Shown: piece by piece, positions 25,017-48,799 of the stretch | Layout of the letters: the number at the start of each line of letters is the position of its first letter | Position numbering within the stretch: the stretch's first letter is position 1 | Assembly: GCA_030141605.1 (NCBI GenBank) | Contig: JAQGDQ010000860.1 | Span: 30,377-87,099 of the forward strand | Origin: Tubiluchus corallicola | Taxonomy: Eukaryota; Animalia; Priapulida | Reading direction: 5' to 3' | Length of the DNA stretch: 56,723 nucleotides | Program-made: the position numbers and the translations under genes | The notes under the pieces: generated by a model | The model's database searches: none | The model's input: only the letters and a program-made list of their open reading frames with translations | Told to the model about the DNA's origin: nothing

Positions 25017-27190
25017 TCAGGCCGTATTTTGATAATTTCACATCCTTTTGCGGCGACCTTCACAGCTCGCATATGCTTTACCTAATCTTACTGACTGCAC
25101 ACAGTAATTTCTCCTTAACTTTAAATTAATGCGAACACAAGATTCTTTTTTTGGAAAAGTGGTCGTCTGATCTTCAGACAATTGTCTTTGAATCAACCAA
25201 GCAGCAGAGTTGTGTATTAGAAACGCACTAGGAACTTTTCATTTTAATTCTGTGCCATTTTTATCTACATTCTTTGTTGTATTGGTGAGTCCAACAAAAC
25301 CCGTGTTTAATGTATAAAAAATATGTTGTGCAGCAAGTAATAATTAACAGAAACGTTTGAACAATATAACGCCAACCTTGAAAATTACAAAAAATGTTTG
25401 TGTCGCGTTAAGTAGCGCGTGATATCAGCGCAAACACATGCATGTTAAGTTGCAGAGGTGACCGACATACTAAATCAGAAGCCAGTGCCAATTTTCACTA
25501 GTAACATGATAACAAATTTTATAATGTATAAGTATAGTACTTATATATTGCCACCAAGTCACAACGTATTTTAGCTATGAGGCCCCTATGTCATGAGACC
25601 CCGCCACAACTGCGCAGCATGTCCATGCGTAAACTTGGCATTGGTTTTTAATACCTAGTTATATCGCTGCTCCTTTTTGCAAACGACTTATTAATTAATT
25701 GATTAATTAATTGATTGATTCATTCACAGGTTTAAAGACAATTAATTGTGTAACTGAGTAATTGCCCGATTCTGAGAGCTTAGGTCAGATCGATAGGGCG
25801 ATGTGAGAAATATGCGTTGTGAGAATAGATCTTTATCTCTCGAGTTATCAAGCTGGCTTCCGCAACAAGCCTTTCAGTGTGAATATACCAGGTTCGTATA
25901 AGCAGATAGTGTCTTTAAAGAGAATGTTCTTTAACTACTTCTAGTATAGCAAAGCAATTCAACAATCATTAACAGTGATGAAAGTTTTATGATAACAAGT
26001 TCCAAAGATTAATCAAGACTAAGATTTCACTTTTACAAATATTTAACTTATGCGCTTGAGGGCGCTTACAACTAGAAGCGGAATATTACAAACAATATAC
26101 CGATCAACACTTATTTATTAAACTGCTCTGCTCGCACTTCTTGTGCACAAATTACAAATTATTACATGCGAGTATAACCGTTACAGTAACTAAAATAATC
26201 ATAAAGTCACTTAACTTGTGGCCTGGCCAACCTAACAACTGTAATTGGCCAGTTCCAGACTCCTAATCGAGATTCTTAGCATCAGAGGTTTGATACACAA
26301 ACGACGTAGAATTGCGTGATTGCACCAGTCCTTCCAGGCAGATCAAACTTTTTCCCACCTCCTGCTGCTAATGTAATAGTCACGTAGGGTTCATTTGCAC
26401 AGTCAACATGTGGTGCTTTTGTCTCATCTCACTGACTGAAAAAATTAGCTGATAACATTTGTGCTCTTAAGTAAATTGCAGATTTTTGTACAAAAGTTTA
26501 AACGGCAAAAAAGTGACATCACAAAGTATTTTGAGGGAAATGAATTTTACAAATTATCTCAGGAATGCATGAACTTAATTTATTTTTGTTTTTGTTGTTA
26601 CTGTTTTCTCATATTACTGCACTATTCATGGAGAATTTTGCAAATCATCCTGGAATTAATTTCTTTCTCATTGAAAAGGTTTCCCATTTCACCTTAGCTT
26701 TAAGCCTTCAATGCACCTGGCGAATTACTAGCTTTCAAGAAAACTTTTAGTCAGCATTAATTTTACTAACCGGAAGTGGTGCTGATAAACCAATGCCTAG
26801 CATTACCAGTTTTTTTGCTCGCTTATTGCTGTCTTTACTTATCTTGAGGGCTGTTTGTTTTAGAATTCTACAGTTGAGGTAATGCCATCATTACGATGAA
26901 CATACCAATGATGTGGTTTGAAACACGTGCAATTGAAATAGATATACTGAGTAGTGAGCACATTTGATGTTTTGCAGACAACAGATGATGCCATTCTACA
27001 TGCCTGTTGTTAAATATGTTAATTATCGTACATTCTTTCTAAAATGTTGAAAATAAGACGTACCTGAACAGAAAATATGGAAGACAAACAATTTAGATAT
27101 GAGTAACAGGACGTCTATATTAGTAAACTAGAAATAATTAATGAATTTAAGCTATAATGAGCCCTTTATGGGTTATTCTATCAAGCACTT

Positions 27191-30100
27191 TCAAAATACA
27201 ATATTCTGTAACATGTAATTAATTATGTAGATAATCAGTGTTGCTTCGTAAACAGAGGCTGTCGCAGCTACAGGTTTTGCGAATGGAAACGGGTTTTCCA
27301 TGATGACGTCAGGTGAAATGGGACAATACAGTGACACCACAAGAGTAATCCACTCCCAATAATAGGCAACTCTTATTGCCACATTAACAGAAGTTTCATC
27401 GACGCCAACCAGCCCATCTTCGACATACTGAGTTGTTGTGATAAAAATTCCAATCACTTCGCCTGTCTTGTCTAAAATCCAAGGTCCACCTGAATCACCC
27501 TGAAAACAAATCTTACGATTGGACATCTGTCAATTTAGAGAAAAATCATGAACATTAAGGGACATAGCTACAGTTATTAAAGATTTTAATCAGCTCGTGC
27601 CACAGAATCAACTAATCAAATTAGTTTTTTATCAGGAAAAAAATATTACGGTTACTGAATGGAAAAATATAACAAGATGAAGAAATTTCTGATTATATTT
27701 CTTACCTAAACAAAGCAGATTAATGTAATTTAATTTATGGTTATTTGAAATATCGCTGTATCTCGGTGATAACAATAGTAAGAATAGAGGCCACATTTTA
27801 TATTGTGAAATTAGGTGGAATACAAGTAATTGACAAAATTTTTACTAACATCTTCCACTACGACCTATAGCACTGTATACGTACGTGCACAGTCAAAATA
27901 AAATAAATACAGTTAGTAGATAGCAGATCGCAATATTACAACCTCGCTTCAAAACTACAAAAAAAAAACGTGTACACAGCCACAAACGGCCATACACATT
28001 AAAAAACCAGTTGATTAAATTATGTCACTATCTAACTAAAACGCAAAATTCAAAGATTTCAATGCTTCATCAGTTAGGGTGAAGCATTAAATAATCATAA
28101 TAGCATTTATTCAACCCATTAAGCTTTTATCGCTGACTGTAAACAGGAAACTAAAACTACATAACTGAGATTATTTTTACCTCACTTCTTCCCTAAGTAC
28201 CAGGCAGGGCAACAGCTCGTACCAATTCAAAATTCTTCCAAATAACTTCTCAAACTGAAGACGTAAGCATTACAGCTAGACTAATATTGATTCAAATACT
28301 TCAATAATGAAGCTTTGAAATTTTTGAATTTTTAAAACTTATTATCAGTTTTACATACGAATGCACCATAGTGTCCATAATGATATGCACAGACATGAAA
28401 TTTCAGGTTTTCTTCCGCGCAATGACCTGCATCAGTAACTGTGAAAGACACTTTCTTCAAGACATCATAAAATTCTTCTTGTGATGCCGAATCTGAAATG
28501 CTAAATCTGTTGAGTGATAAAAAACGGCGTCTGTTTCTTAAAGCCCCCTAAACTTAGGAATTGTTTGGCATGTGCACTTACATTGGATTAAGAACTGAGC
28601 AGTCGATGACAAAGATCCCTACCTGAATACAGAAGCGCTACTGAAAGTAATTACATTGCCCTCGATTCTCATGAATGTATTTATAGTTGTGCTACAGGAC
28701 AGCAGGAGGCGCTAAATTTCGAAGGAAGCCAGATTATCAGGCGATAGCTAAAAATATTTTCTTCTATTATCTGGGGAAATAGTGTACGCAAATATCATTT
28801 CATATTCATATAAGAAACACTTTCTAAAACCTGCCGCCCGCATTTAAGTGCCAGATAACTACAATTATTACATGAAAAGTACATCACAAACAGTTGCACA
28901 GCCTGGTTAAATACAAGTGCTATGCCAATGTAAATACCAAAGACCACGCACTACTATGTAATAGTACTATTAATACACCTTAAATAACTGATTATTGCTC
29001 TTAATATACATACATGTAGTATGAAGTATCAGCCTAAGGCGTTCATTAAGGATGTTTTTTTAATTTTGAGTATTTTTGCTTAGCAATTTCTGTAATGTGA
29101 CGTTGTGCTATTGAAGTAAATCACCTTTCACAGGCTAAAATGCCTACATTTTATGTGCTTGTATTTGTCTAATAAATTCGGGAGAAAAATTGCCAAATTT
29201 TGGCGATTTTATGAATCAAATTTGTGCAGCAGACTGTGCAGGGCGAATTCAAAAATGAAGTAGACGACTGTACAATTGTTTGGTACACTTTCTTCATAAT
29301 TATTATTATTATTAACAAATTGATTTATTAGTTTACAATGCATATCTTGCGATTTCAGTTACAAATTTAAAAAGAAATTGAACAAAATCAACAACTACAT
29401 TTTTTTGTCTGGTTTGACATAAGATCTTTTACTTGTATAAAACTCTCATCCCACCTGTTATATCAGGTCCCCATCCTAGAAGAGTAACTTCATCATTTAT
29501 GTAAGTAAAGTTGTTACACATTGGTAGTTCGGCAGGTTTAATATCATCAGAAAATTCAACATGTTTGTTTAATCGAGCAACAGCGATGTCGTGGAGATAC
29601 CAAGGATCACCTTTCATGTTAAAATCTTGATGACGAAAATACCATGCAATCTAGAATAAAAATATTGAAATTAAAGTAAACTCACTCACCTTTTATAACA
29701 TCTGACACAGAACAAAATCTATTCCAACATGCAAAATTTTGAGCTCTGGCCTAGAAAATGGGATATTCAATTAGTTCATTTGAGGGGCTGAGTATCAGTC
29801 AAAACTTTACTGTTCAAATGAAGGTATAATAGTCAGGGCCTATTTCAGGGGAGGAAAGTGGGGATACTTCCCCGGGGCCTCACCCTCTAGGGGGGCCTCG
29901 TGCCGAGGTAACATTTTTTTCGGTGAACGCTCTTTCAGTGCGTTTAAAAATATCAAAACCGACAATTGTTCGACGACGACCCAGGATCGGTTAAACGATC
30001 TGTCAATTATTCGAATGAATGTGGATGTAGCAAGAGGCTTTGATTCTAACGAGTTAATTGATAAATTTGCGAAACAAAAAGTCAGAAGATGGCTTGTACG

Positions 30101-33100
30101 GAAGTGAGAGTACAGTATTACATATTGCAAAGATGTTGTTTTTTATTTTACTATTTGACAAGTATTAAGGACTGGTCTTGAGAATAAAGCAGTTTTTCTT
30201 TCAATTGTTCTTTCCTTTAACAACTGTATAACTCCATATTTTCTCTTCGAAAATGCTTCTCCGGATTTCTAGCAGTTTCTAAGGCTGAAATAGGCCCTGA
30301 TAATAGTACACTTAATCAAGTAAGTGTCTAGCGTTCTGCTACATCAGAAGTTGAAATGTTCTAAGTGCTTTATGGAGGGAATATTATAAATAAAAAAATT
30401 AATTGACAAAATCTGGCTAAACAACGGCTATTGACTCTTCTTCTTTTTTCCTTGCGTATTTCACCAATAATTCAAAACAAATGTCGCAACATGTATCTGT
30501 CTTAAAGGAAATAATAATAAATTTTCACACTTCACACTGCTAAGTACAGAATCAAAATTCATCTTTAACAACAAAAGAGCATACCATAGTTGTCAGAAAA
30601 GTGAAGTGGTTACAAAAGCCTTGCATACGCCTACTCTTATGATAAGATCACAAAAATACAGTTGCATAGAATATACAAGAAAATATAGCCTACCCAGCGG
30701 TCTGCCTTTGTGTCAAATATTTTGTTGCTCCCAAGAAATACTTTCATGTGTCTTCCAGGTGGCGCGCTACAAAATAAACGCATCTAGTTTCTTATTAATG
30801 ACATTTTACATTGCAGTTTTGATACCCTGATACAAAAGCAATAGAGGAATAATATAACAAAACATAAGTTTATTACAGCACTCCTTTCAGCACATATCTC
30901 AGGTCACACGACGCACACCATATTTTTTAAGTTGTTAGTGGTATTAAAGAAAGAATACATTAATTTTTAATTTTTAAAATGCAGTTATGTATCAGACTGA
31001 AGAGTAAAAGTCCGCTTCATGTAACAATTTAATTATTATTCGTTTAAGTCTTTGTCCTGGTTTCAGGTTTATTTTTTTTGTTTTAAGCTCAATTGATGAC
31101 TGGTACACAGGTATGAAAAGTGTTTGACATAAAGAAATAATAATATTGGCACACATTACAATTATCACACATTTGAATAAAAACAACAACAATAATACTT
31201 ACTCATGTAAACAGTGTGCTGATGTTAATATGTATAGGTCATCGATTAATGTACCTCCACAAATCGAATAGCCAAAACCAAAACCAACCTGTATGCCAAC
31301 CTTTAGAAAAACAGTGTGGGATATAAATCACGCACTTTGCTTAGTGCATACGTCTGCACTCATGCACGCACGCACGCACACATAATAAAAATTGAAACAA
31401 AGAAACAATGGACAAGGAATACTATGATAAAGTGTGAAATAACAGAATAAATCCGAATTACATATATTTTCTAAAGATTTAAGCTTCAATCATAGAAAAT
31501 CGTGTCACGGCAGGAAACAAAACATACCATGAATGGATATTCCCTCCCAATCACATCCCGTCCACCACTGATCCTCGGATTAGCGGGCAATTCTGTAATA
31601 GGTTAACAGCTAAGGTCATTTAGATACAGACCATAGATGATTGATTAAAACTAGTTTGGTAACGAGCAAGTCTTGAAGCAAGCCTCTTAACGGCTGCTCA
31701 GGTCAGAACTGTGCTTTTTGAATATCTCATGTCCAGCTTGTAGTGTGTCTAACGAATTATCTTCAAATAATTAAAACATCGTTTATCATCTACACTGGGA
31801 TGTTAGATTATGATGTTATGAACAGATTTTCTTTTATTCTGCAACTCCACCTGATCAATTCCCTGGATAAAGAGATCTGATAACTTACTGTTTTGCTACT
31901 TTAACAAACCCTTTTGTTATTAAATTAATCTTGCATTTTGTGTGTTTCGTGAAAGTTTTCTTTTTTGTCATATTCAATATATTACAGTCGACTAATATGA
32001 CATGATTTAATGTAAAGTTGACCTTTGTGTTTGTTTAGGAATTTTGATGGTATTAAAATTCATTTGATTAATAATACATGAAAATGTTCAATAAATTATT
32101 TATTATTAATTATTTATTAATAATAATAAAATAATAATAAACAGCAAATATATATCATACTTCAGTGTTGGGAATAAACTGATGCTGTCAAGTGCTGCCA
32201 CCTTTTAGGCCTTTAGGCCTTGAATGACTTTCTATCTTTAAATTTGTTAGACTGTAATTATATACTTAGGGGATTCAATCTGGTTTTATGCAGATGTCAG
32301 TAGGACAGTAGACTGTTACACTGTCTAGGTGTTCGCTGTCTGTTTATACTTAATTTTGCCGAATTCAGTGATTTGGTAAATGCTTGTGACCTGTTTCTGC
32401 ACTTCTCTGATGCCTTTAAGTTGAAATGCCAGGGCTGGCCAATATACGTAAGTTAAATATGATTATTTTTCTGTGATTTAAAAGAGTTTAAATTCTATTT
32501 CATGTAACACAGTTTACTACTTTACAATTGTTGTAATTTGTAAAACTTGTGTAATTCATACCTAAAAAATTTAATATCTTGATTTAGTTCCTATTTTATA
32601 ACAATCTTCTATAATCATCTGAATTTGAAAAATGCTTTTATTTTATTTTCTCACAATAAATAATCATTAGCAAGCCAAAGCGGAATTTGAAGTTTTGTTT
32701 TGGGACATTCAGTCAGCTACATTCAGTGTGAACTTTATGTAAGACAGAGAGTGTCATATCGTTAACTGTTTTGTAGTATTTATGTTTATATGTAATTAGC
32801 ATAAAAAATTGTTCATATTCATTTACATTCATATTACATCATTCTCATAAATATTTTCATATTTTACCAATGTGAAAGTTAAAACTGTAAATACAAAAGA
32901 GTAAAAGAAACTTAACTACAGTATGATTTTTCACTATATTCACATCCTATTACGAGTACAAGGTTAGACAACTAAGAATAAATAAAAGTTTTTTAAGTGG
33001 TTCAGGTAGGAATCCACCTCTGCAATGCCTACAAGGACCAAGCAATAGCTTAGCAATCATTTTTCAACTTGCTTTAGATTCCATCATCTGTAATTTTACC

Positions 33101-33373
33101 ATTTCTACATCTTATCATCTACACTTTTCACAATTTGTAATAGAATTGCATGTTTTGATAACACTGTTATAATGCTGTAGTGCTGTTCTATTGTTTAGAC
33201 TAAAGATTAGACATTGGTTAGGAATGTTTTTAAAACTAAAGTATTCATACCTCTAAACGAAACTAACCTTTTTCAAAGAAACCACTGGATGTAGAAGACA
33301 GAGACTTTGTAAACAGGCATGTGTTAAAGCAAATCCATATTGTAAGCACTCTCAAAAATGTAACTAGATTCAT
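27191..33373 (-). CDS. Serine protease gene B (S1 family, ~326 aa, intact triad, signal peptide, hydrophobic C-tail): exons 33373-33268, 31592-31528, 31300-31203, 30766-30694, 29650-29455, 28492-28359, 27499-27191
   Basis: All junctions are GT-AG and frame-consistent (total 981 nt): MNLVTFLRVLTIWICF.. / PR-ISGG..YPFM / ICGGTLIDDLYILTSAHC / KVFLGS / LHDIAVARL..LLGWG / LKKVSF..HVCAY / GDSGGP..RVAYYWEWI. Confidence 0.92.
29834..30299 (+). mobile_element. Internally deleted hAT DNA transposon in intron 4 of gene B
   Basis: TIRs CAGGGCCTATTTCAG/CTGAAATAGGCCCTG with a perfect 8-bp TSD ATAATAGT. The internal remnant ERSFSAFKNIKT..QDRLNDLS..IDKFAKQKVRR (~29925-30090) matches the hAT C-terminal dimerisation domain. 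Confidence 0.92.
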
Positions 33374-34856
33374 TTGGGCTCAAAGCAAAAAAGACATTAA
33401 TGACAATGTCGCTGGCACATCAATGATGGGAGTTTTAATACTGAATAATGGTCAGCTATAAAATGTTTCTCCTGCAAAACATGACTGGTTGCAGCTTATA
33501 CTGGAAATTATTCATCATTAAAGTTTATGCACCATAATTAACATGCACATATACTATGTGGTTCTCACGAAAATGTGGTGCCAGAATTAGTGAAATAGAA
33601 CAATTGTTCCAGAATTTGAAATTGCTCTACACTCGAGATTTTTCAAACACAATTGCTCTAAACTGATGACAATGAGGAAAATAAATGAATGTAAGAAGGA
33701 ACAAAAACTGAACTAACAGTAGGGAAAAATGCAACACATATATGACAATAACTAGACACAGATCATAATCTGGCGTAAACTACATTCCAAACTAATTATG
33801 GCGTGCACTTTTCAAAATAACTGAAGTTCCTTTGATACAACAATTAACAGTTTAAAATTACCTTAATTTTCAAAATACATCCAGAATAAAATCAACTTAT
33901 CTTTAATGTCACCATCTTAGAAGCAACAGAAGGTACGAGGTACCTTATAGGTCATTGTCATTGCTTTTCTTTTTTTCTCTCTATTTATGTTCACAGCTAC
34001 AGTGGCAAAATTACCAAAAGAATCAGCTGGTAACTTTTCTACTCTTTAGTAATTTTTATGAGAAAATTTAAATTGTAAAATGTGTGCTTTATCAATTGTT
34101 AACAAGAGCAAAAATACCACCAAATACAAGTACTCTGAAGGTAATGAATCTTACAGCTGACCCCAAGTATGCCTGTCTTTAATGTAATTTTGATCTTGTC
34201 GCTCATGTTTTCTCATAAAGGTCGTGTAAACTTTTGTAAGACATCCTGGGTTTAGTTTGTTTCTTTCTGGAAGTTTTCTCGGGCACATTTACTCTAAGCC
34301 ATCAATGTATTTGATAATGATAATGTAGCAGCCTTTAATGCACCTTTCAATTGCTTACTATAAATGGGAACTTGAGTAGAAGAGCCACTTCCATAGCAAT
34401 TTTTGGTTTTTTGAGATGGAATACTGCTCGCTTTACTAATCTTGAGCACTGATATTTTTTATAATTTTATTATTGAGATAATGGGCATGATTATGATGAT
34501 GGTAATGTTGATGTTGTTGAAGATATTAGCTAATAAGGTCTAGAAATTGTGAGTGAAAAATTGTGCATTTGAAATAAATAAAATGAGCACATTAAAATTT
34601 TATATTTTATTGTGATATGCTAAAGCATAGAAGTAAATGTTGGAAATAAGACAAAACTTCACAATTTTTTTCATATTGAAGAAAAATAATTTAAAAGCGA
34701 GTAACAGGATTTATTTAAAAATGTGTATTTAAAAATTGAAAGAATTTTAATATAAACTCATATTTTGTTACATCAGTGTGTATTATGTAACCATTTCGTA
34801 GCAAGTTTCATCAAAGATTTTTTACATATAAGTAATAATCAGCATTTTTTCTTATT

Positions 34857-45276
<10,420 letters not shown>

Positions 45277-46914
45277 TTCTGAAAATGAAAAAAAGAACAA
45301 GTAAATAAAATAGCGTAAGCTGGAAAAGTTTGTATCCTGTCTTTCAGATAAATGTAGTAGCTTGTTAATATTTTGTAAACAGCAAACAGAAACTGTCAAT
45401 GAGTAATTGTGTCTCTCAAATTCATTAAATCACTCTATAAATTTATATACACAGGCGATGTTTTATAAAGGACCAACGGAGTCAGTTTGAAGGAGTAAAG
45501 AGTTTGCAAGGCTTCGATCGACTTTTCTTCAGTTGATCCAAATGTAAATCTAAAATTGGGTTGAAGTAAAAAATGTTTTAGTGGACAAAACGACAATCTG
45601 TAGTAAAAATTTTGGTCAACAACAAAAGTTTGCAGTTAACAAAGCGAAAGGAACATCAATGGATGAAATATCAATGGAGGAAGTCAATGATATCTAATGG
45701 ATAGGAAACGAATAAAAAAGAATGAAAGAAAAGATAAAGTGGGAAAAATTCAGAGGTTACTTGGCTACTCCATCACCTACCTGTTGTAGAAACCTTACTG
45801 GTTTAAATCCAGGTTAAAAGCTTGCTAAATGCTCTACGCTGATCCATAGTTTTTACCAGATTGCAAATGAATTTTAGCTGTTTAGAACAAGTATTCAATA
45901 ATTTTTGGAATATATCAATTAAAAATTCGCTACAATGTGTTCTGCACCACTGATTGTGATGTCATATTTTATAATCAACCCAAGACCTTTGCAATTATTC
46001 ATTTCCATAATTGGTGCGTTCAGACTAGAAAGTTTTCTCTTGATAGTTTTTCAGTTCAGCCGATTTTCGAATGTGCACGTGTTTAAGATATTAAGGTCAT
46101 TAATTTACGCTGTTTATCAAGCTGCAAAATTAATTATTAATTAAGCGAAATTGCTCTTTATTAAAATAACAATAAACATTAATTAATGATTGCAATCAGT
46201 TATAAACCTTTCATCTTTATGCCATTTCATTTATTTTTTTCATGTTTAATGAGTTTAATAACAGTTTTTTTCAACGTTTCAGCATTTCCGTCCACAGAAG
46301 ACACATCTTCTACATCTATCAACAACATACAACATTTAACAAAGGTTAGTTACAAAAACTTGCATGAATGCTTTCTCTCAAACTTTTTTTGCAGAATTTC
46401 CATCTTCTACATCTGCCAATGGTTTATTTAAAGCAAAACCTGACTCAATCTCAGCTGTAGGTCACAACAATCTCGTGCTTAAAATATTGAAAGGAAACAT
46501 GCGTTTTTTTCAAAAATGACTTAGCTGAAAAAATTATTACCACACTAACACAATTTCACGTTTGCACAGTTACATGCCTTTCGCCGTTCCCTAGTTAGAC
46601 GGACAATAGCGCCTGCATTTCAAAAACGCATTGCCCAAAAGAACTGGTGCTCTACCTCTCAGTTCAGACGTGTTACACACACACAAATTAGCCAGCTAAT
46701 TAGCCCACTAATAATTCAGTTCTATATATATATTGTTATTTTTTTAAATTTGTTTGAAAAAAGTTTTTTTAATTAAAAACTTCAATGCCTTAACATAATT
46801 TTTGACGCCTTGATGTTCTAAAAACATTCGGCTTCAGGCAAAACAAAATCATAAAATTGTTAACTCATTTTTTGGCAGTAGTAACGCGTTTTTTGGCGTT
46901 ATCGCGTAGTAGTG

Positions 46915-46989
46915 TACTACTACTACTACTGCTACTAATACTACTACTATTACTACTACTACTACTACTGCTACTGATACTGCTACTGG

Positions 46990-47031
<42 letters not shown>

Positions 47032-47042
47032 TACTACTACTA
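46915..47042. repeat. (CTA)n/(CTG)n microsatellite
   Basis: Directly visible. Confidence 0.93.
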
Positions 47043-47473
47043 TGTATTTGATAAATCTTTTTGCCATATATGTATATCGGGTTTCAAAAGTTTTTCCAAT
47101 TGCTCTAGGAAGAAGAGTCTTATGATACTCTTAGTGCATGCCCAATGTAATGAATGTAATCTTCTTACTTGTATTTGTTTACTGCGGGGGTGCTTCTTCA
47201 CATCATAACATCATGAAGATGATCATCTGTTGGATATTCTGCCTACTTGTAGTGAGTGCACAGCTGTTGCCAGTGGTACTCTACTACAAGGTACGCGTTG
47301 CTGATGGTGTTTACAAGCTAAATGCTATGATGTCACTATAATGAGTGCACATTTAGCTGTTAGTGTCATCTATAACCAGGCGGAAGTGATGGTGAAGATG
47401 GTTAAATATTTTACTCTGCCAATTTTATTGATCGTGGGCACAACTGCCGTTAGTTTCAAAGCACAACGTGAAG

Positions 47474-48508
47474 TGATGATGTAGCTGTTCTATCACTTCT
47501 ATCTGCCACTTTATTGAATGCACAACTGCCGTTAGTGGCGCCTACAAGGTAAGTGATGATGAAGATGATTAGCTGTTCTATCTGCCACTTTACTGAGTGC
47601 ACAACTGCCGTTAGTGGCGCCTACAAGGTAAGTGATGATGAAGATGATTAGCTGTTCTATCTGCCACTTTATTGAGTGCACAACTGCCGTTAGTGGCGCC
47701 TACAAGGTAAGTGATGATGAAGGTGGTTAGCTGTTCTATCTGCCACTTTACTGAGTGCACAACTGCCGTTAGTGGCGCCCACAAGGTAAGTGATGATGAA
47801 GATGATTAGCTGTTCTATCTGCCACTTTAATGAGTGCACAACTGCCGTTAGTGGCGCCCACAAGGTAAGTGATGATGAAGATGATTAGCTGTTCTATCTG
47901 CCACTTTATTGAGTGCACAACTGCCGTTAGTGGCGCCCACAAGGTAAGTGATGATGAAGATGATTAGCTGTTCTATCTGCCACTTTATTGAGTGCACAAC
48001 TGCCGTTAGTGGCGCCCACAAGGTAAGTGATGATGAAGATGATTAGCTGTTCTATCTGCCACTTTACTGAGTGCACAACTGCCGTTAGTGGCGCCCACAA
48101 GGTAAGTGATGATGAAGATGATTAGCTGTTCTATCTGCCACTTTACTGAGTGCACAACTGCCGTTAGTGGCGCCCACAAGGTAAGTGATGATGAAGATGA
48201 TTAGCTGTTCTATCTGCCACTTTATTGAGTGCACAACTGCCGCTAGTGGCGCCTACAAGGTAAGTGATGATGAAGATGATTAGCTGTTCTATCTGCCACT
48301 TTACTGAGTGCACAACTGCCGTTAGTGGCGCCCACAAGGTAAGTGATGATGAAGATGATTAGCTGTTCTATCTGCCACTTTACTGAGTGCACAACTGCCG
48401 TTAGTGGCGCCCACAAGGTAAGTGATGATGAAGATGATTAGCTGTTCTATCTGCCACTTTATTGAGTGCACAACTGCCGTTAGTGGCGCCCACAAGGTAA
48501 GTGATGAT
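47474..48508 (+). repeat. 79-bp minisatellite, 13 units each containing AAG|GTAAGT; degenerate copies extend back to ~47210
   Basis: GT of GTAAGT at 47549, 47628 ... 48497 (12 x 79). Confidence 0.95.
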
Positions 48509-48799
48509 CAATCTTAAGAAGTTTCATGTTGTCGATTGGAAGCGTTGTTGTAGTGTGCGCATGCGTGGCTACAGGGGCTCCGATAGTTTTGTCGAGTATA
48601 CTACACCAAAGTGAAACTTAGATGTAAAATTTGTTATCAGTGTTTGCGTCAATGTATGAAAAATGCAATGATGTATTTTTGAGCACTGGTACTGAATTCA
48701 CTTGTAAATAAAATGAGAAAATAGTAAGTAACTAAGTAAATTTTTTTATAAATAATAATTACAGAGATATAAGTATCATTCATAGCCTTTGTAAAATAT

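Noticed and set aside
26280-26432. Protein-looking minus frame DETKAPHVDCANEPYVTITLAAGGGKKFDLPGRTG..
   Set aside because: Short, with no recognisable motif or convincing splice context. It cannot be supported without a search.
33030-33105. Alternative ATG exon for gene B (AG|AA ATG GTA AAA, like gene C's start)
   Set aside because: It hits a stop after 12 codons. The exon at 33373-33268 fits better, with a signal peptide and the same AAAG|GTTAGT donor as gene C.
45600-46400. Possible decayed LINE endonuclease region on the minus strand
   Set aside because: Only faint motif resemblance with many stops; too weak to call.
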